Assembly (NCBI RefSeq): GCF_009914755.1
Contig: NC_060925.1
Direction: 5' to 3' (one strand)
Origin: the human T2T-CHM13v2.0 reference genome, Homo sapiens
DNA: 64,000 nucleotides
In this document: in pieces, positions 13,501 through 29,800 of the stretch
Position numbering within the stretch: the stretch's first letter is position 1
Layout of the letters: each line of letters opens with the position of its first letter
Made by a program: the position numbers and the translations under genes
Notes under the pieces: model-generated
Databases searched by the model: none
Seen by the model: only the letters and a program-made list of their open reading frames with translations
What the model was told of the DNA's origin: nothing

Positions 13501-13949
13501 TTTCTGACTCCAAATCAGAACTCTTTCAAGAATACCACTCTAGACAAATTATTAAAAGGTGAAACATGCAAGAGCTAATTTGGTTCCTTTTAAACCCTAG
13601 CTTTCTAGTACTGATGAGCAAAGAAGGATTTAAGATGGAGTTCAAGCTTCAGGGCTTCTTCCCTGCAGGGACATTTTCTTAAGGAACTCCTGAATCTCAT
13701 CTCAATTGTACAAGATTTAGGCATTTTAAGTCTTAATTATAACCATAAGACTGAATCCTTCATAAGTTAAAAAAAAATCAAACCAAGGAAGAAGATCATT
13801 CATGGAAAAAAAATCCAGAGGAAAATTACCATATTGCCATGAATGGTTAAGGATTTGTCAGTTTCTTACAAGTGGCAGGGATAACAGAGTTTGGAAGGGA
13901 GTCCAGCCTAGACCCTTGAAAATAAGTGACTTTGATGATCAACCTCTGT

Positions 13950-14080
13950 GATGCAGGTTGTGTCTTCCGAGAAGCAGACTAGGGGAGTGTACTTTGAATC
14001 AAAGCCTGTGGACCAGAGAGAAAGAATCAAGATTGGGCAGAGGGAGAAGTTGGGCTGCAATGCAGGCCAGACAGCCTCAA
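13950..14080 (-). mobile_element. ERVL LTR16-like fragment
   Basis: gattgggcagagggagaagttgggctgcaatgcaggcc motif. Confidence 0.55.
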
Positions 14081-14134
14081 TATTCACAGTCCTGGGAATT
14101 AGGGTAGGAAATCATGGGAGGTCATTTTCGGATT

Positions 14135-14313
14135 CTGCCTAACTCACAAGCCATGTGGTTTCTGTCACAACTACTCAACTTTGCAAGCTGTAGTGCAAAA
14201 GCAGCCAGAGAAAATATATAAATGAATGAGAATGGCTGTTTTCCAATAAAACTTTATTTATAAAACCAGGAGGTGAGCTGGATATCATCCATGGGCCACA
14301 GTGCCAACCCCTG
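14135..14313 (+). mobile_element. MER58A (hAT-Charlie), 5'-truncated
   Basis: caactactcaact...gcaaaagcagcc...tggctgttttccaataaaactttattta...gccaacccctg. Confidence 0.8.
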
Positions 14314-14763
14314 GTCTAGTCAAATAGTAAAAGCAGAATCATTAGAAATAGATACACATTAAATGCATACTGAATGAGAGCCAGTTGAACAAACCCCAGG
14401 CAAGAGAATTCTGGGCATAAGAACCATTATGTCAAGTATCTGCAATATCACAAATTATTCACTTGAGAGAAAATGCTAGAAAATGAGATTTCTGTATCCA
14501 GCAAAATGCCTTCAAAGGTGAAATTCTGAGTTCCATAATAAGTGTCTGCTCTTACTAGAGAGCTTCTATAAAAGGTGACAACCAGAGGACATTTATAAGT
14601 GCTATCCTCAAGTTTTAGACAACTGTGGGTCAGGAGTCTTTGAAATTAGCGATTCCATAAAGTAATGTGAGAAGATACAATTTAGTTAAGCAATTATAAA
14701 ATGAAAAAAATAAAGTACAAATAATAAATTAAATTTCCTGATAGATCAAGAATTACATTTCTA

Positions 14764-15027
14764 GGCTGGGCATTGTAGCTTATACCTGCAATCCCAGCAT
14801 TTTGGGACGCTGAGGCAGCAGGAGCCCTTGAGGCCAGGACCAACCTGGGCAACATAGTGAGACCTTGTCTCTACAAAAATAAAAATAAAAATAAAAATAA
14901 ATTAGCCAGCCATACTACGCGGGAGGCTGTGGCAGGAAGATTGCCTGGTCCCAGGAGCTCAAGGCTGCAGTGAACTATGATGGTACCACTGCACTTCGGC
15001 CTAAGTGACAGAGTTTCTACAAAAAGG
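14764..15027 (+). mobile_element. AluJ with internal deletions
   Basis: J-type aggctgcagtgaactatgat. TSD AAGAATTACAT(T/C)TCTA at 14748-14763 and 15028-15043. Confidence 0.92.
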
Positions 15028-16304
15028 AAGAATTACATCTCTATAGCCAAGTATTAACTAACATGAGGACACTAGCAAACACTAGAGACATTGCTATTAT
15101 CATGTTATGCCATATAGTAATGAGAATTATATATCTACTTATACAATTCATAATCTCTTCTATTATCTAAATTAATGTTTATTTTATTTATTTGCTAAAA
15201 TATAAGTTTATTTGTGCTATTTGCATCACTTTATTACTTTATAGATTGCATAGAAATAAAAGAAGCAAATAATTATATAGAAATATAAAATTTTCTGGAC
15301 TTGTGATGAGAACTAAAGACTTTTAGATTATGCTTTGCTTAAACTGAGAAACAATGTTTTTCGTGTTTATTATTTAACTACTCCTAACCCCATAGTACTT
15401 AAAATAATGTCTGGCCATAGTAGGTGCTCGATTAATATTTAAAAAAATTTTCTCTGCTAACAACGACAATTGTTCTCTGCTAACAACAATAGAATAGTTG
15501 TTATTCTAATTGACTTCAGTGCTGGTTTTTAGAAACCCCAGGAGTTCCTGGTCTATCAGTGGGCATTTGTACACACAGATCTTACACGAAGATTGTAAAA
15601 ATATCAAATAGACTGTACTATTCAATTGAGCTTAGCTCATTTTCCTGATACAGAGACAAGGTATTATTTAAAAAATAATGATTTGATCTCATGTATCTGT
15701 TCCTTACTCCTTGAACAATGGGTCCTCTCTATATAAAGCCAGAAACAAATTTTTCTTCCAATTTTCTAATTCAGACCTATCTTTTTATTATATCTTGCGA
15801 ATTCTTTAGGGGATAATCAGGATAACTATGTCATTAGCCTAAATTCTCTTTTTATGAAAAACATACCTTAGCTGAGTAGCAAGTGATTACGTATAGCAAA
15901 AATGATGAGAAAGTATTACATTACACTTACTGTGTTATATATTAGATCTTTCAACAATTCTGATCCAAAGAACCTCAAAGCATTAATGTTATGGGAATTT
16001 TTCTCTGACTATACTGTTTACTCAACACATTTACTAAATTTTTAATATAAAAATATAATTTTCCAGTTTCATTTTACTTCTTCTGAACTAAGTATAATCT
16101 TACCTGAAAACATGTTAAAACTGATCATGCTTTACCTGCATTCTGACATATTTTGTACAAAATAAACAATTCATATTTATTACATAAATTAATTTTTCAT
16201 TATTTAAACTTTAACAATTCACAAATAGATGATAGGTAAAATGCAATGATTTTAATAGCAATCTCTGAAAGAATCTCCAGTTTAGGGACACGGTTTTTAG
16301 GTCA

Positions 16305-16922
16305 TGTTTTAGTTGGCATTCAACCAGAGAAACAAAGTAGGAAAATATGGAAAAATGTATTTCGAGAAATTGGCTTATGCAGTTGTAGGGGCTGGCTAAG
16401 CAGATCCAACATCTGTAGGGCAGTCAGTCAGGAAGGGAAAGTCATAATTAGGCTGAAATCTCATGGGCATGATGCGAACATTGTAGTCTACGGGCAGTTA
16501 GGAAGGAAGATACAGAATGAAAGGGAGAGGAGCTGCTGACTCAAATTCTCATTGGAAACACTAATCTCAGGGAAGGCCTGAGTTCCCTTTTAAAATGTTT
16601 CTAACTTAATCAGAATCACCTAGGATAATCTCCCTTTTGATTAACTTAAAGTCAACTGATTAAAGACTTGAATTACTTCTGCAAAATCTCTTCACTGTAG
16701 CATCTAGCTTAGTGTTTGAATAGCCATAAGAAGGTGAGCACACGCTTCAAAATGGCCACCCTTCCATCCTCCAACTCTCACAAGACAGGATCTCTAGTAG
16801 CATATCATACCATTCTAGAATCAATCATCCCAGAAACATCCTACAAAGGGGACTGTAGTTTAGCCTTGCCACATTTACTGTAGTTTAGCCTTGCCACATT
16901 TACCCATCAAAACACCATCACA
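16305..16922 (-). mobile_element. ERVL solo LTR, MLT2 family
   Basis: ccagagaaaca...aattggcttatgcagttgtaggggctggc, ggataatctccc...aacttaaagtcaactgatt, and terminus ...accatcaca. Confidence 0.8.
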
Positions 16923-16923
16923 G

Positions 16924-18100
16924 ATTGAAGTACATTGAGCTCCATAGAGATAGTGCCAGGGCAAGTGAGAGCAGCAGAGGCACTGGGCAACACTCTGCCT
17001 CACTGAGGAAAAATAACTAAACATGGGCCATGGAGATCCTGTGAAGCCGAGAGGCAAAATGTCATCATATGTATTTTTTGTGCAAAATTGTCAGGAGGAG
17101 CACAAGAAACGGTATCCAGATACTTCTGTCACCTTCTCACAGTTTTCTAAGAAGTGCTTAGAGAGGTGGAAGACCATGTGTGTTGAAGAGAGGGGAAAAT
17201 CTGAAGACACAGCAAAAGCCGGCAAGCCTTGTTATGATAGAGAAATGAAAACCTATATCCCTCCTAAAGGGGAAACAAAATGAAGTTCAAGGATCCCAAT
17301 CCACCCCAGAGGCCTCCTTCTGACTTTTTTGGTTCTATTCTGAGTAGTGTTCAAAAATCAAAGGAGAACATTCTGGCCTATCCATTGATGATGTTTCAAA
17401 GAAACGGGAACATGTGGAATAATTGCTGCAGATGACAAGCAGCCTTATGAAAAAAGAGGCTGCAAATCTGAAGGAAAAATACAAAAAAGATATTGCTGCA
17501 TACAGAACTAAAGGAAAGGCTGATGTAGCAAAAAAGGGAATTGTCAAGGCTGAAAAAGCAAGAAAAAGAAGGAAAATTAAGAAGATGAAGAGGATGAGTA
17601 GCAGGAGGAGGAAGAAGAAGAAGAAGATCATGATGATGAATAAGTTGGTTCTAAAGCCTTTTTTTCTGGTCTATAAAGCATTTAAACCCCCTGTACAGAA
17701 TTCACTCATTTTAAACAAAAATATTGAAATGTAAGGCTGTATAAGATTTGTTTTTAAACTACACAATGTCTTTTTTTGTATAGTTACCACACTACCAAAT
17801 GTGTTTTTAGATAGCCTCATTCTGATGGTGTTTTCAATAGCCACTGGCCTTGCCTAGTAAATTGGCATGGAAATTTAAAGTAGGTTCTTGATGGCACACA
17901 GCACAAATTAGTTATATATGGGTTATGGGGATTGTAGCTTTTCAACTTCAGTTGTCCCTGATGCTTCTTATATGAAATAACTGTTCTGTTAACTAAGTAT
18001 CACTCCATAATTGCAGGAAAAAAGTTGCAGCTATTTTGTTGACATTCTGAGACTTTCTCAGTAAAAACAATTTTTTAAGTTAAAAAAAAAAAACAAAAGA
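16924..18100 (+). pseudogene. HMGB1 (pseudogene copy): HMGB1 processed pseudogene, full length (5'UTR, disabled CDS 17023-17643, short 3'UTR, poly(A))
   Basis: 5'UTR ...gaggaaaaataactaaacATG. Translation [21 protein letters not shown]...YIPPKGETK is about 76% identical to HMGB1 box A. Intronless, with a frameshift near 17280, in-frame stops and an acidic-tail remnant. AGTAAA at 18060, A tail at 18082-18100, TSD AAAACA(CC/AT)ATCACAG at 16909-16923 and 18101-18115. Confidence 0.97.
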
Positions 18101-18749
18101 AAAACAATATCACAGTAACTATTTGCTTTTTGCCTTAAAGTCTCAGAATAACTAGCAGTTGGCCTATGCCCAAAATAAAACTCTAATATATCTATCTGGT
18201 AAAACTAGTATGACCTTTCATATCAATTTCCTCAGGTTTCCTAAGAATCCTAACTTTCTTTTTTAAACTTTCTTATTAAGAGACAGGAGCAAAAGCACTT
18301 AAGACATATAAATAAAAAGAATAATGAGGTTAGCAAAGTTTCAACAAAAATGTCATACATGATGACTTTTAAAATTCTTACCTAAAGAATTGTGAAGGGA
18401 AATAGTTTAAATAATAAAATGTTTTAAAAATACATGGCACAATGAATTTTCTAAGGGTTTAGAAAGGTAGAATAAACACATTTTTCTAAAATACCATCAA
18501 TTTGGCCTGCTCTGTAGGCGAAATTGAAGGAACACATGAAGACATGAAATTAGCCTGCATACTTTGGCAAGACACCCTATATGAAAGCCATGGTTTGGTT
18601 GAACTTGCAGCAAATATTGTGTCAGCCAGCCAGAGACAAATACCTTTTTTCTAACGTAATCATCATTGATTTATATACACATTTATTTCCAAATTTATTA
18701 TAATCCAATTCTATGCAAAAGACTATTTCTGGAGTTTAATATATGTATG

Positions 18750-18900
18750 TGAATGAATGAAAGGAAAGAAATGATGGAGAAGAACATGAGGGAGACAGGT
18801 AGGCAGGGGAAAAGTGAATGAGGGCAAGAAATAATGAGGAGAGGGAACAAAGGAGAGAATGGCAGAGGACAAAGAAGGAAAGAGAAGGTAGAAGAAAGGA
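18750..18900 (+). repeat. Purine-rich (GA) low-complexity tract
   Basis: About 150 bp of nearly pure A/G on the + strand. Confidence 0.7.
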
Positions 18901-19073
18901 ACTTCCACCTAATTGAAAGATTTAAATCAGAACTTTTTTTTTTGCCCTTAACTAGTGGCTCACTGACTGTCACTAATGAGTATAGCTACAAAGATCTGAA
19001 AAAAATTTAGTGAAATCACTCACTAGGGAAATTGTATTTCTGACAATGCATACTAATTACTAGAGGAACTCTT

Positions 19074-19670
<597 letters not shown>

Positions 19671-19849
19671 ATAAAAGGAATATTGGAAACACCATAGTAA
19701 CCTGAAAAGTCAAGATGTAGGTAATATTCCTTCCTGCAGGTCATCTGTGTTGAGCTATTAATATATTTTTCTGCTTCGGAGCCTTGTGCCTGCTGGTGAG
19801 AGTGACTGGTGCTCATTAATTCCCAACTCCAGGTTCAAGGTTAATTATA

Positions 19850-19956
19850 AATCAGTCAAGCCAGGTGTATTTAGATCACAGAAATCAGCCAAAGCTAAAA
19901 ATCAGGGCTTTTTATCCCAGAAAGCCAGTTTTTGAACATTTTCCATCACAACAGGT
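19850..19956. mobile_element. MER63-like hAT fragment
   Basis: gtattta...cacagaaatcagc...aaatcagggc...cagaaagccagtttttgaacattt. A related fragment in the opposite orientation lies near 60710-60780. Confidence 0.55.
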
Positions 19957-20794
19957 GAAATAGTTGACTCTTCAGAGTCTCTTCTATCACAATGTTTTCA
20001 CATATCAGTTATTCTATGTATTACTGATTAGTAGTAAGTAAAATGGAAAGCTCCTCACTCCAGACCAGAAAAAAACTCTTTATGACAGATTTGCCTCAGG
20101 AATGAAGGATAAGAAACAACTGGTCTCATAGGAATCCCAGGGCAAAGAAGATATTTACTAAGTCAAATTTCTTAGAAATTTACAAAGATCAAATTAGTGA
20201 GATTCATCCTGTGATTATACCTTATTCCATCATTATCCAGGATTAATATTCTTATGAGAAGAAGGGCAATGTAGTCCTTTTATTTCTTCCAGGTGAGGCA
20301 ATTGTGCCTGTGTATATCTGTCAGTTCATACATGTGGAGTGGAAGTTTGACTACCTCTGTGCAGGGTGATAAATGATAAAAGACACTATATTGAAACCTT
20401 GGAATAAAAAGATGTTTAGACATGGTGCTTGATTTAAATTTCAATGTTTTATAGCTGAGGAATTAGTCTTAGAAAACCTGAATGAAAATTCAAAACTCTG
20501 TCATTTGAATTGATAGCCACAACATTTTCCACTCAATGGCACTCTATATTAAATTTATTCTGTACATTAAGTACATTACAAATTCTTATTTTACATATTA
20601 TGAAAAATTGAATATATACAAGGATCTCACACTTTTTCATAATAAATTCAAAAGCCCAAATTCTACAGTAAAGGAAAATGTGGAAAAACGCTTTTTTACT
20701 AATAATTCTCTGTGTGCATAAAAATATCTTGGACATTTGTAAAAAATGGAAATCAATGAGACTAAACTCCAGAAATCCTCTTTTCATAGGACTA

Positions 20795-23340
<2,546 letters not shown>

Positions 23341-25034
23341 ATAGCAGGTGAGGGTGCAATTCTGACCTAGGGATTCTCACTTACATTTTGAAACACCCCA
23401 ATGGGAGTGATCATCAGGGTTTGCTATTCAGTGAAATCAAAACCCAAACCCCTTGTTAATCACTGAGGCAGAATGCTTCTTCTCAACTCAGGACCATGGC
23501 TGGCCTTGAGCCATTTTCCACCTTTCACAAATGAACATCACTTAGCACGGTGTCTTTAGCAAAGACAACACAAACACAATGAGTAAGAGTTCCCTTGTCT
23601 TCTAGTCCAGGATGGGAGCAGGTGGTGGAAAGGGATAATATCACCTGGAAGTTACTTGGTGTCATATGGAAACCTTGGTATCAGTTCAGGTGTTAAAATT
23701 CTCAATATACCCAAACCCCAATTGTTTCATCACCTCCCAGACTCAGAGAAACACACCATTTTTCTTTAATAATGTCATCTCCTCTTTAAAAACCCACAAT
23801 CTGAGTATCCCATTTATTGAATAAATATCGTGGTCAAAGTTTAAATAAGTTGTAGAATGAATTTATTTGTTATCATGACAAAAATCAAGAGGTCAAATAC
23901 CAATGGGACTTTATCTTCTCTGAAACATTCCAGTGATAGCCCTTCATGCTCACACCTAACACAAACTAATCAATAATCAGGACACTTTAAGATGGTAATA
24001 AAGACATTTAATTCTTTAAGAATTCATTTCTCATTCTTTAAATAATATCTGACAGTAAGAAAGAACAAGTAAATTATAAATTTAAACATCACTGTAAGAT
24101 GAAGTGGGAGGACAGAGAGTGGAAACCTTCTTGTCTTTCTGATGCAGTTTCTGCTCTAAAGAACATACCAGTTGTTATGTGTTGCAAGATATTATACAGA
24201 CATCATTTTCTCAACAATTTTGTTGTATAAGATAATTACTGTATAATAGAGTTATTATATCAGTTGAAAGGAAAATATAGCTTCCCATTGTTTGGGTCTT
24301 TCACTCGTCAATAAAATTATTCTGTGTATAAGTATACAGATATAAATCTTGCGGATGGAGCATTTGATAAGGCAGACACAGAAAGATACATAAGTATTTC
24401 TTACTCTTGTCTACAGAAAATAAAATACAAACTCTTGGGCAAAAACACACAGATGTAGCATTTTTGTTCTGGTAATTTAGCATGGCAAAACTAATGGTGG
24501 AGGATAAAAGTCTTCTTGGAGTCAGAAAAGAGACAAACTTTCCAGTGTTTACTGGAACATTCCAGGGGATTTTCATGTGCACACAGTGGAAGGGTGAGAC
24601 CCAAACAGCCTCAGTTTTCTCATGAATAATTGTCCCCTTGGTTGCTGTCAAATACTTCAAGCATCACCTGACGTTGCAGTGAGTTCACTGGAATGCCCTA
24701 GAAACACATACTTATGGAGGGCCAACTACAAGTCAGTATTGTGATTTTAAAATATCAAAATATCTCTTGGAAAAAGGAAATATCAGTTTATTTTTCAACA
24801 TAAGAGCATGTAGTTTGTATCAGAATTTTTGAAAAATCCAGTAGGAGATCAGAATAAAAGGTATTCTCTGAAAGTTTAAAGGTTAAATTTAATCCTGGTA
24901 ATTGTGGCAGGTACTCATACAATAGTGCCACACACTTCAGAATTTCAGAAATACAATTTATAGTATATTACACATTATAAAATTATGCATACACCTACAC
25001 CAAGAAATTTCACATCTAGGACTTTACCCTAAGG

Positions 25035-25237
25035 TAGGAGTCAGAATCTTTTTCTATAAGAGGCCACATAGTAATATTTTAGGTTTTGCAGGCCATACAG
25101 TCTGTGTCCAACTGTTCAGTTCTGCTCTTAAAGCATCAAAGCTGCCATAGACAAAATACAAACAAATGAATATGGCTGTGTTCTGATAGAATGTTATTCA
25201 CAAAAACAGGCAGTAGGTCATAGTTTGCCAACCTCTG
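25035..25237 (+). mobile_element. MER58A (hAT-Charlie) within old L1M debris
   Basis: MER58 body with an 8-bp hAT-type TSD CCCTAAGG/TCCTAAGG at 25027-25034 and 25238-25245. Confidence 0.88.
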
Positions 25238-25519
25238 TCCTAAGGCATTAAGCAGAGTTAGCAAGATTTATTATACAGATATTCTGAAAACATGTTATTA
25301 TAATAACCAAGGATTAAACACAACCAACATTCCCAAAATAATGGAAATAAATAATTATTACAAATCTACCTAACAGCATAATATTGGTCTGTTTAAACTT
25401 GCAATATTAGGAGAATAGAGTAGAATATTAAATTACGCATATAGTAGGATCCCAATTTTATTACATATAGAAATATTCAATATGCAGATCTTCAGAGGAA
25501 ATTTAGCTGATTATGGAAT

Positions 25520-26620
25520 TTCATTAAAAATCAGAAAAAACAAGTTGTGTTGGGGATGTAGTCAAAATATTTGAAAACAAACTTGAATAAATTCTTTTAA
25601 AAATCAAATTTATGTATGGAAGGTATTAATGTGACATGATTGCCATCTTTCCCAAAATTAATTTATAAATTCAAGTAATACTAAAAAAAATCATAACTGC
25701 TCTTTCTTGGATCTTGACAAAGAAAAAAAGCCAAGATAATTTTGAAGAAGAAGAACAAGGCTTTTGTACCTCATGAGGTACTAAAAATTATTGAAAAGCT
25801 ATTTTAATTATGAAAGTGTGCTATTAACACATGAATAGAACAATGGATAATTTAGAAATGGCTTACTCCTCTAGAAACTTGCTGTACATCAGGAATTTGA
25901 TCAAAGTGTCAATGTTGAATTTTACCCAAGCTTTGTATTACCAGTACAATAGTTAAAACATCCCTCACCCCACCATTTTGTTCTCCGAAATCTCCACACA
26001 CTTTTGTGTTAAGCAAATACCTGAATACAAAACATATCCTTGCATAGCCTCAAAAGAGATCCTTCTGCAGCATTGCTCATGGCTGCCTAAGACTCCCAGA
26101 TGACTCTGGTTTACCTGCCTGTTTAAAACCCCAAGCCTGCTTCTTTTCCTTTGATATGCTCCTTAATTTTCTTCTAATTGCAATGACTTAGAAAAAATCA
26201 TCTCCTAAAATTTCAGTAAATTTTGCCTTTCACAAAAGTCAAATGGGAAAATTGAGACCATTTGATATATGGACCTTAGAAAATAGGTTACAATTTTTAA
26301 AAAAAAAAGCATTCCTTCTTCCCTCTCCATGACATAGACATGAATTCATTTTTATAGGTAAAAAGTAAATGTTACATTTTAAAAAAATATAGACTATCTT
26401 TATGGCTGTAAACTAAGAAAATATTTTCCTAAATAAGACACAAAAACACAAACCAAAAAACAAAAGTGTGAAAATTTTGAGTATATTTTATAAGTTACAA
26501 ATGTGAACTTCAAGAGATATCATAAAAATGGAAAAGCAGTGAATGCCGTTGAATGGGAAATTAATAGTGGAATTTTCTTCATGGTTTTCTAAAGTTATTT
26601 TAGGTTAGAATTATTTCACA
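25520..26620 (+). mobile_element. Old L1M ORF2/3' fragments, probably interrupted by a short LTR-like insert (~25913-26234)
   Basis: ttcccaaaattaatttataaattcaa, gccaagataattttgaagaagaagaacaa, cctaaataagacacaaaaacacaaacc. Confidence 0.55.
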
Positions 26621-27620
26621 GTAAAAACTAAGTAAATTTGAGATCTAATATTTCACAATCTTCCACTCTAGGATGGAATATTCAGTTCACTCTTATAACT
26701 CTCAGCAAGTACTCATCATTCCTGTCCCAGGTCAAGCAATGTCCATGTCTAGAATTACAGTCTGCAAGTATCAGCAGTCAGATTTTTAAATCTTTTAAAA
26801 TAATCACGGGGAAGAGACAATAGTTTGAATTACCATACTTTTGCACGGATGATGAAGGATTTCTCCAGCTTAGGCTCTTGGAGCTCCTGGTGGTCTTTCT
26901 GGGTCCTGTCCAGCCACTAGCAGTGCAAAGCTCTGGACAGTAATTCAGGTCATCTCACCTCAAGGAGAGTCTTCACAGGAGGATTCGTTCTCTCTGAGTG
27001 GAGAAGGTGGTAGTTTCTCTAGAGTACAGCAATGGCTCCAATATCTAGGTTCTTCTAAAGTTTGCTCTTAGAAGTAGTAAGACAATATATGTGAAAGGGG
27101 TATACAAAAGATGAGCTCTGATTTATGAAAAAATGTAGAAAAAAGAGAAAAGTAGAAAGGACTTCCTACTGAAAAAAAATAAATTCAGTGGTGTAGAAAA
27201 GAGAATAATAAAACTGCCATGGATTCGTATGTCACTGTTTCTTCCTAGGAACACTGAGGATTTCCCTTCTGTTACTTCATTTTATCCTCATAAACAGATG
27301 CCCAGTAGAGACTGGAGTTTAAGATTTTTGAAATTAGAAACGTGCCAAATTGAAGATTACAATTATTTTGTGCCTTATTGGCATTTGTCTTGGGGCAGAT
27401 TTTATTTTATTCTGGGAGAAACAACTTGGACAATTCAACCTTTTAAGTCATACAGATTTTAGGCAAATAAGATAAGCACTTAAAATTTTTCTTGGAAAGT
27501 CCTGAATCAACGAAGGAATCCAAATTATGATGCTTTTGTAATAAACATGAAGTGAGCCGTTTAATAGGATGACCTCTGTTCATCTACAAGGCAACAGCTT
27601 TTTTTAGATGTAAATAGTGA

Positions 27621-28045
27621 GTCATGGGTGGAACTGTGTCCCCTAAAAAGATATGCTGAAGTCCTCATCTGTAAAAGTGACCTCATTTGGAAATAAGGTC
27701 TTTGCAGATATAGTCAAGTTAAGATGAGGTCATACCCAGTTAGTGTGGGCCCTATTCCAGTGACTGGTATCTTTACAGAAATGAGGAGATCTGGACACAG
27801 GGAAGAAAAAGAATGTGCCAGTGAAGGTTGCAAATGGGTCTACAAATCAAAGAACACTAAGAATTGCCAGTAACCACCAGATGCTCGAAGACAGGCATGG
27901 AACAGAGTCTCTGTCAGAGACTTCAGAAAGATCTAATTCTTCATTTCTGACTTCTGGCCTCTGGAATTATGAGAATAGATTTCTGTTGTTGTAAGCCACC
28001 TCATTTGTAGTACTTCAGTATGAATACCTTAAAAAAACTGATACA
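27621..28045 (+). mobile_element. MaLR solo LTR (MLT1C-like)
   Basis: tttggaaataaggtctttgcagat...aagatgaggtcat and terminus ...aactgataca. TSD AGTGA/AGTCA. Confidence 0.88.
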
Positions 28046-29227
28046 AGTCAAATTTATTTTATTTCAGTTGCGTTGAGTTGAGTTTAATTTTCCCTGAATG
28101 TGTATTTAGAATATCTGTATGTGGAGGGGAGATATGTGAGAAACACAGAGAGACAGAGAGACAGTAACAACGAGACAGAGAGTTTTGATTTAAGCAGTTG
28201 CTTTGTTCTCATTAGCTAACTAGACCATATTTACCCAGAATAGATCCTCAGATCTGATTGTCTCTTTAAGTCCTACCAGTTGAAAGGCAATCAAAGGAAT
28301 TGGAATGAGCTACCTCCCAGAAGGTGTTATTTAATGTAATAGAACAGATTTAGGAATGCACTGTCAGTTATTGCTGATCGTTTGACCCAGACCACATCAT
28401 ATTCATGGAAGTTGTATTCTAAAATAATGGGAATTCTCACTGCCAGACATCCTGAAAGTAAGTTAAACAGCAGGAAATGAGCTGGAACTTGGATTCTAGG
28501 AAGTCACGGGTTCAGGAAGAGTCTCCCTCTTGTCTATGGGAGTAAAGCAAAGTTGCACCCACTCTTCCAGGCATGGAGATCATGTAAATTCTCATTTGTG
28601 TGAGATGAGCCGGAGCCCAGTATGTGAAGGCCTATGCATAGTCAGGTGATGACTTGAGAGTTTTGTTTGGTGTGTGGGACAGAAGAATAATCCCCGCTAA
28701 TAGTGGTTTGAAGTCACTTTTCTGTTGTACTTACTTTAGTATCAACCTTTATAAATTCTTGACACATGTTGCTTTCTGGTATGAGCAGTGCTATGAAAAA
28801 CTAGGCGGAGGACTGGAATTGTCAATGTCCATGGCCAGGGAAGAAAACTCCATCTAGCAGCTGACCTGAGGTAAATGGAGGAGTCTGGAGGCAAAATAAG
28901 AATATGGGAGCAAGTGTAGATTTGTTCTGGAGCATCAGTGAAGCTTTCCAGGGAAACCCTGGAAATATGTAGTGCATTTTTAAGAACTCCTCATTTTTGA
29001 CATACAGGATAGTGAGAATTCTAACTATAATAATTTAGATGTTCAAAATATGTCAGTTTTACAGACATAGTCTGGTGAGGCTCCATTATTACAACATCCA
29101 ATTGTGTCTGGCACGTGGTAGGTGCTCAGCAAGTTCACCTCCATTAAACTTTTCTCTGTTTTAAAGATAAAATAAATGAAGAGGTGAAAAGTTGGTAGGG
29201 GAGAGGTTAGACTTCAGTACATGAGTC

Positions 29228-29800
29228 TTTGGTAGTTATTCTCCAAAGGTTTTTCCCCAATTCCTCCCATCTCTGAACAGAGATGTTACTCCTCACTTCA
29301 AAGAATGAAATGATTTATCCTCTTTCTAAATTTGGGCTGGCCATATGTGCTGCTTTAACCAACAGAATGTGGTTGAAGTGACATCCTGGGAATTAAGTGA
29401 TAACGAGATCCTAAGTGGACTGGTAGCTTCTGCAACTTTCCTCTCAATGCTTACTCTTGGATTATCGTCTCTTGACACACAGCCCCCATGCTGTAAGAAG
29501 TCCAAGCCACATACAAAAGAAATGTGAAAGAAAATGAAGCACTTCCATGAACACCCCCAGAGCAGCTCCCAGTCAGGAATCAGCATCAACTGCCAAGCCA
29601 TGTGAGTGTGCAATTTCAGAAATTCAGCCTGAGGCTCTAGATGATGGCAACCCCATGAAACCTCATGTAGGGTGGAAGAACTGCTCAGTTGAGTCCAGTA
29701 ACCCACAGAATCACTAAAGATAATAAATTGCTGTTTTCAACCACTAAGTTGGGCATGGCGAGAAGTATCATTTCTTACATAGCAATAAATTACTGAAACA
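29228..29800 (+). mobile_element. MaLR solo LTR (MLT1H-like)
   Basis: gctttaaccaacagaatgtgg..gaagtgac, cagcatcaactgcca, and terminus atagcaataaattactgaaaca. Confidence 0.8.

Noticed and set aside
17335-17734. Basic or hydrophobic ORFs over the HMGB1 pseudogene 3' half
   Set aside because: Frameshifted and antisense readings of box B and the acidic tail.
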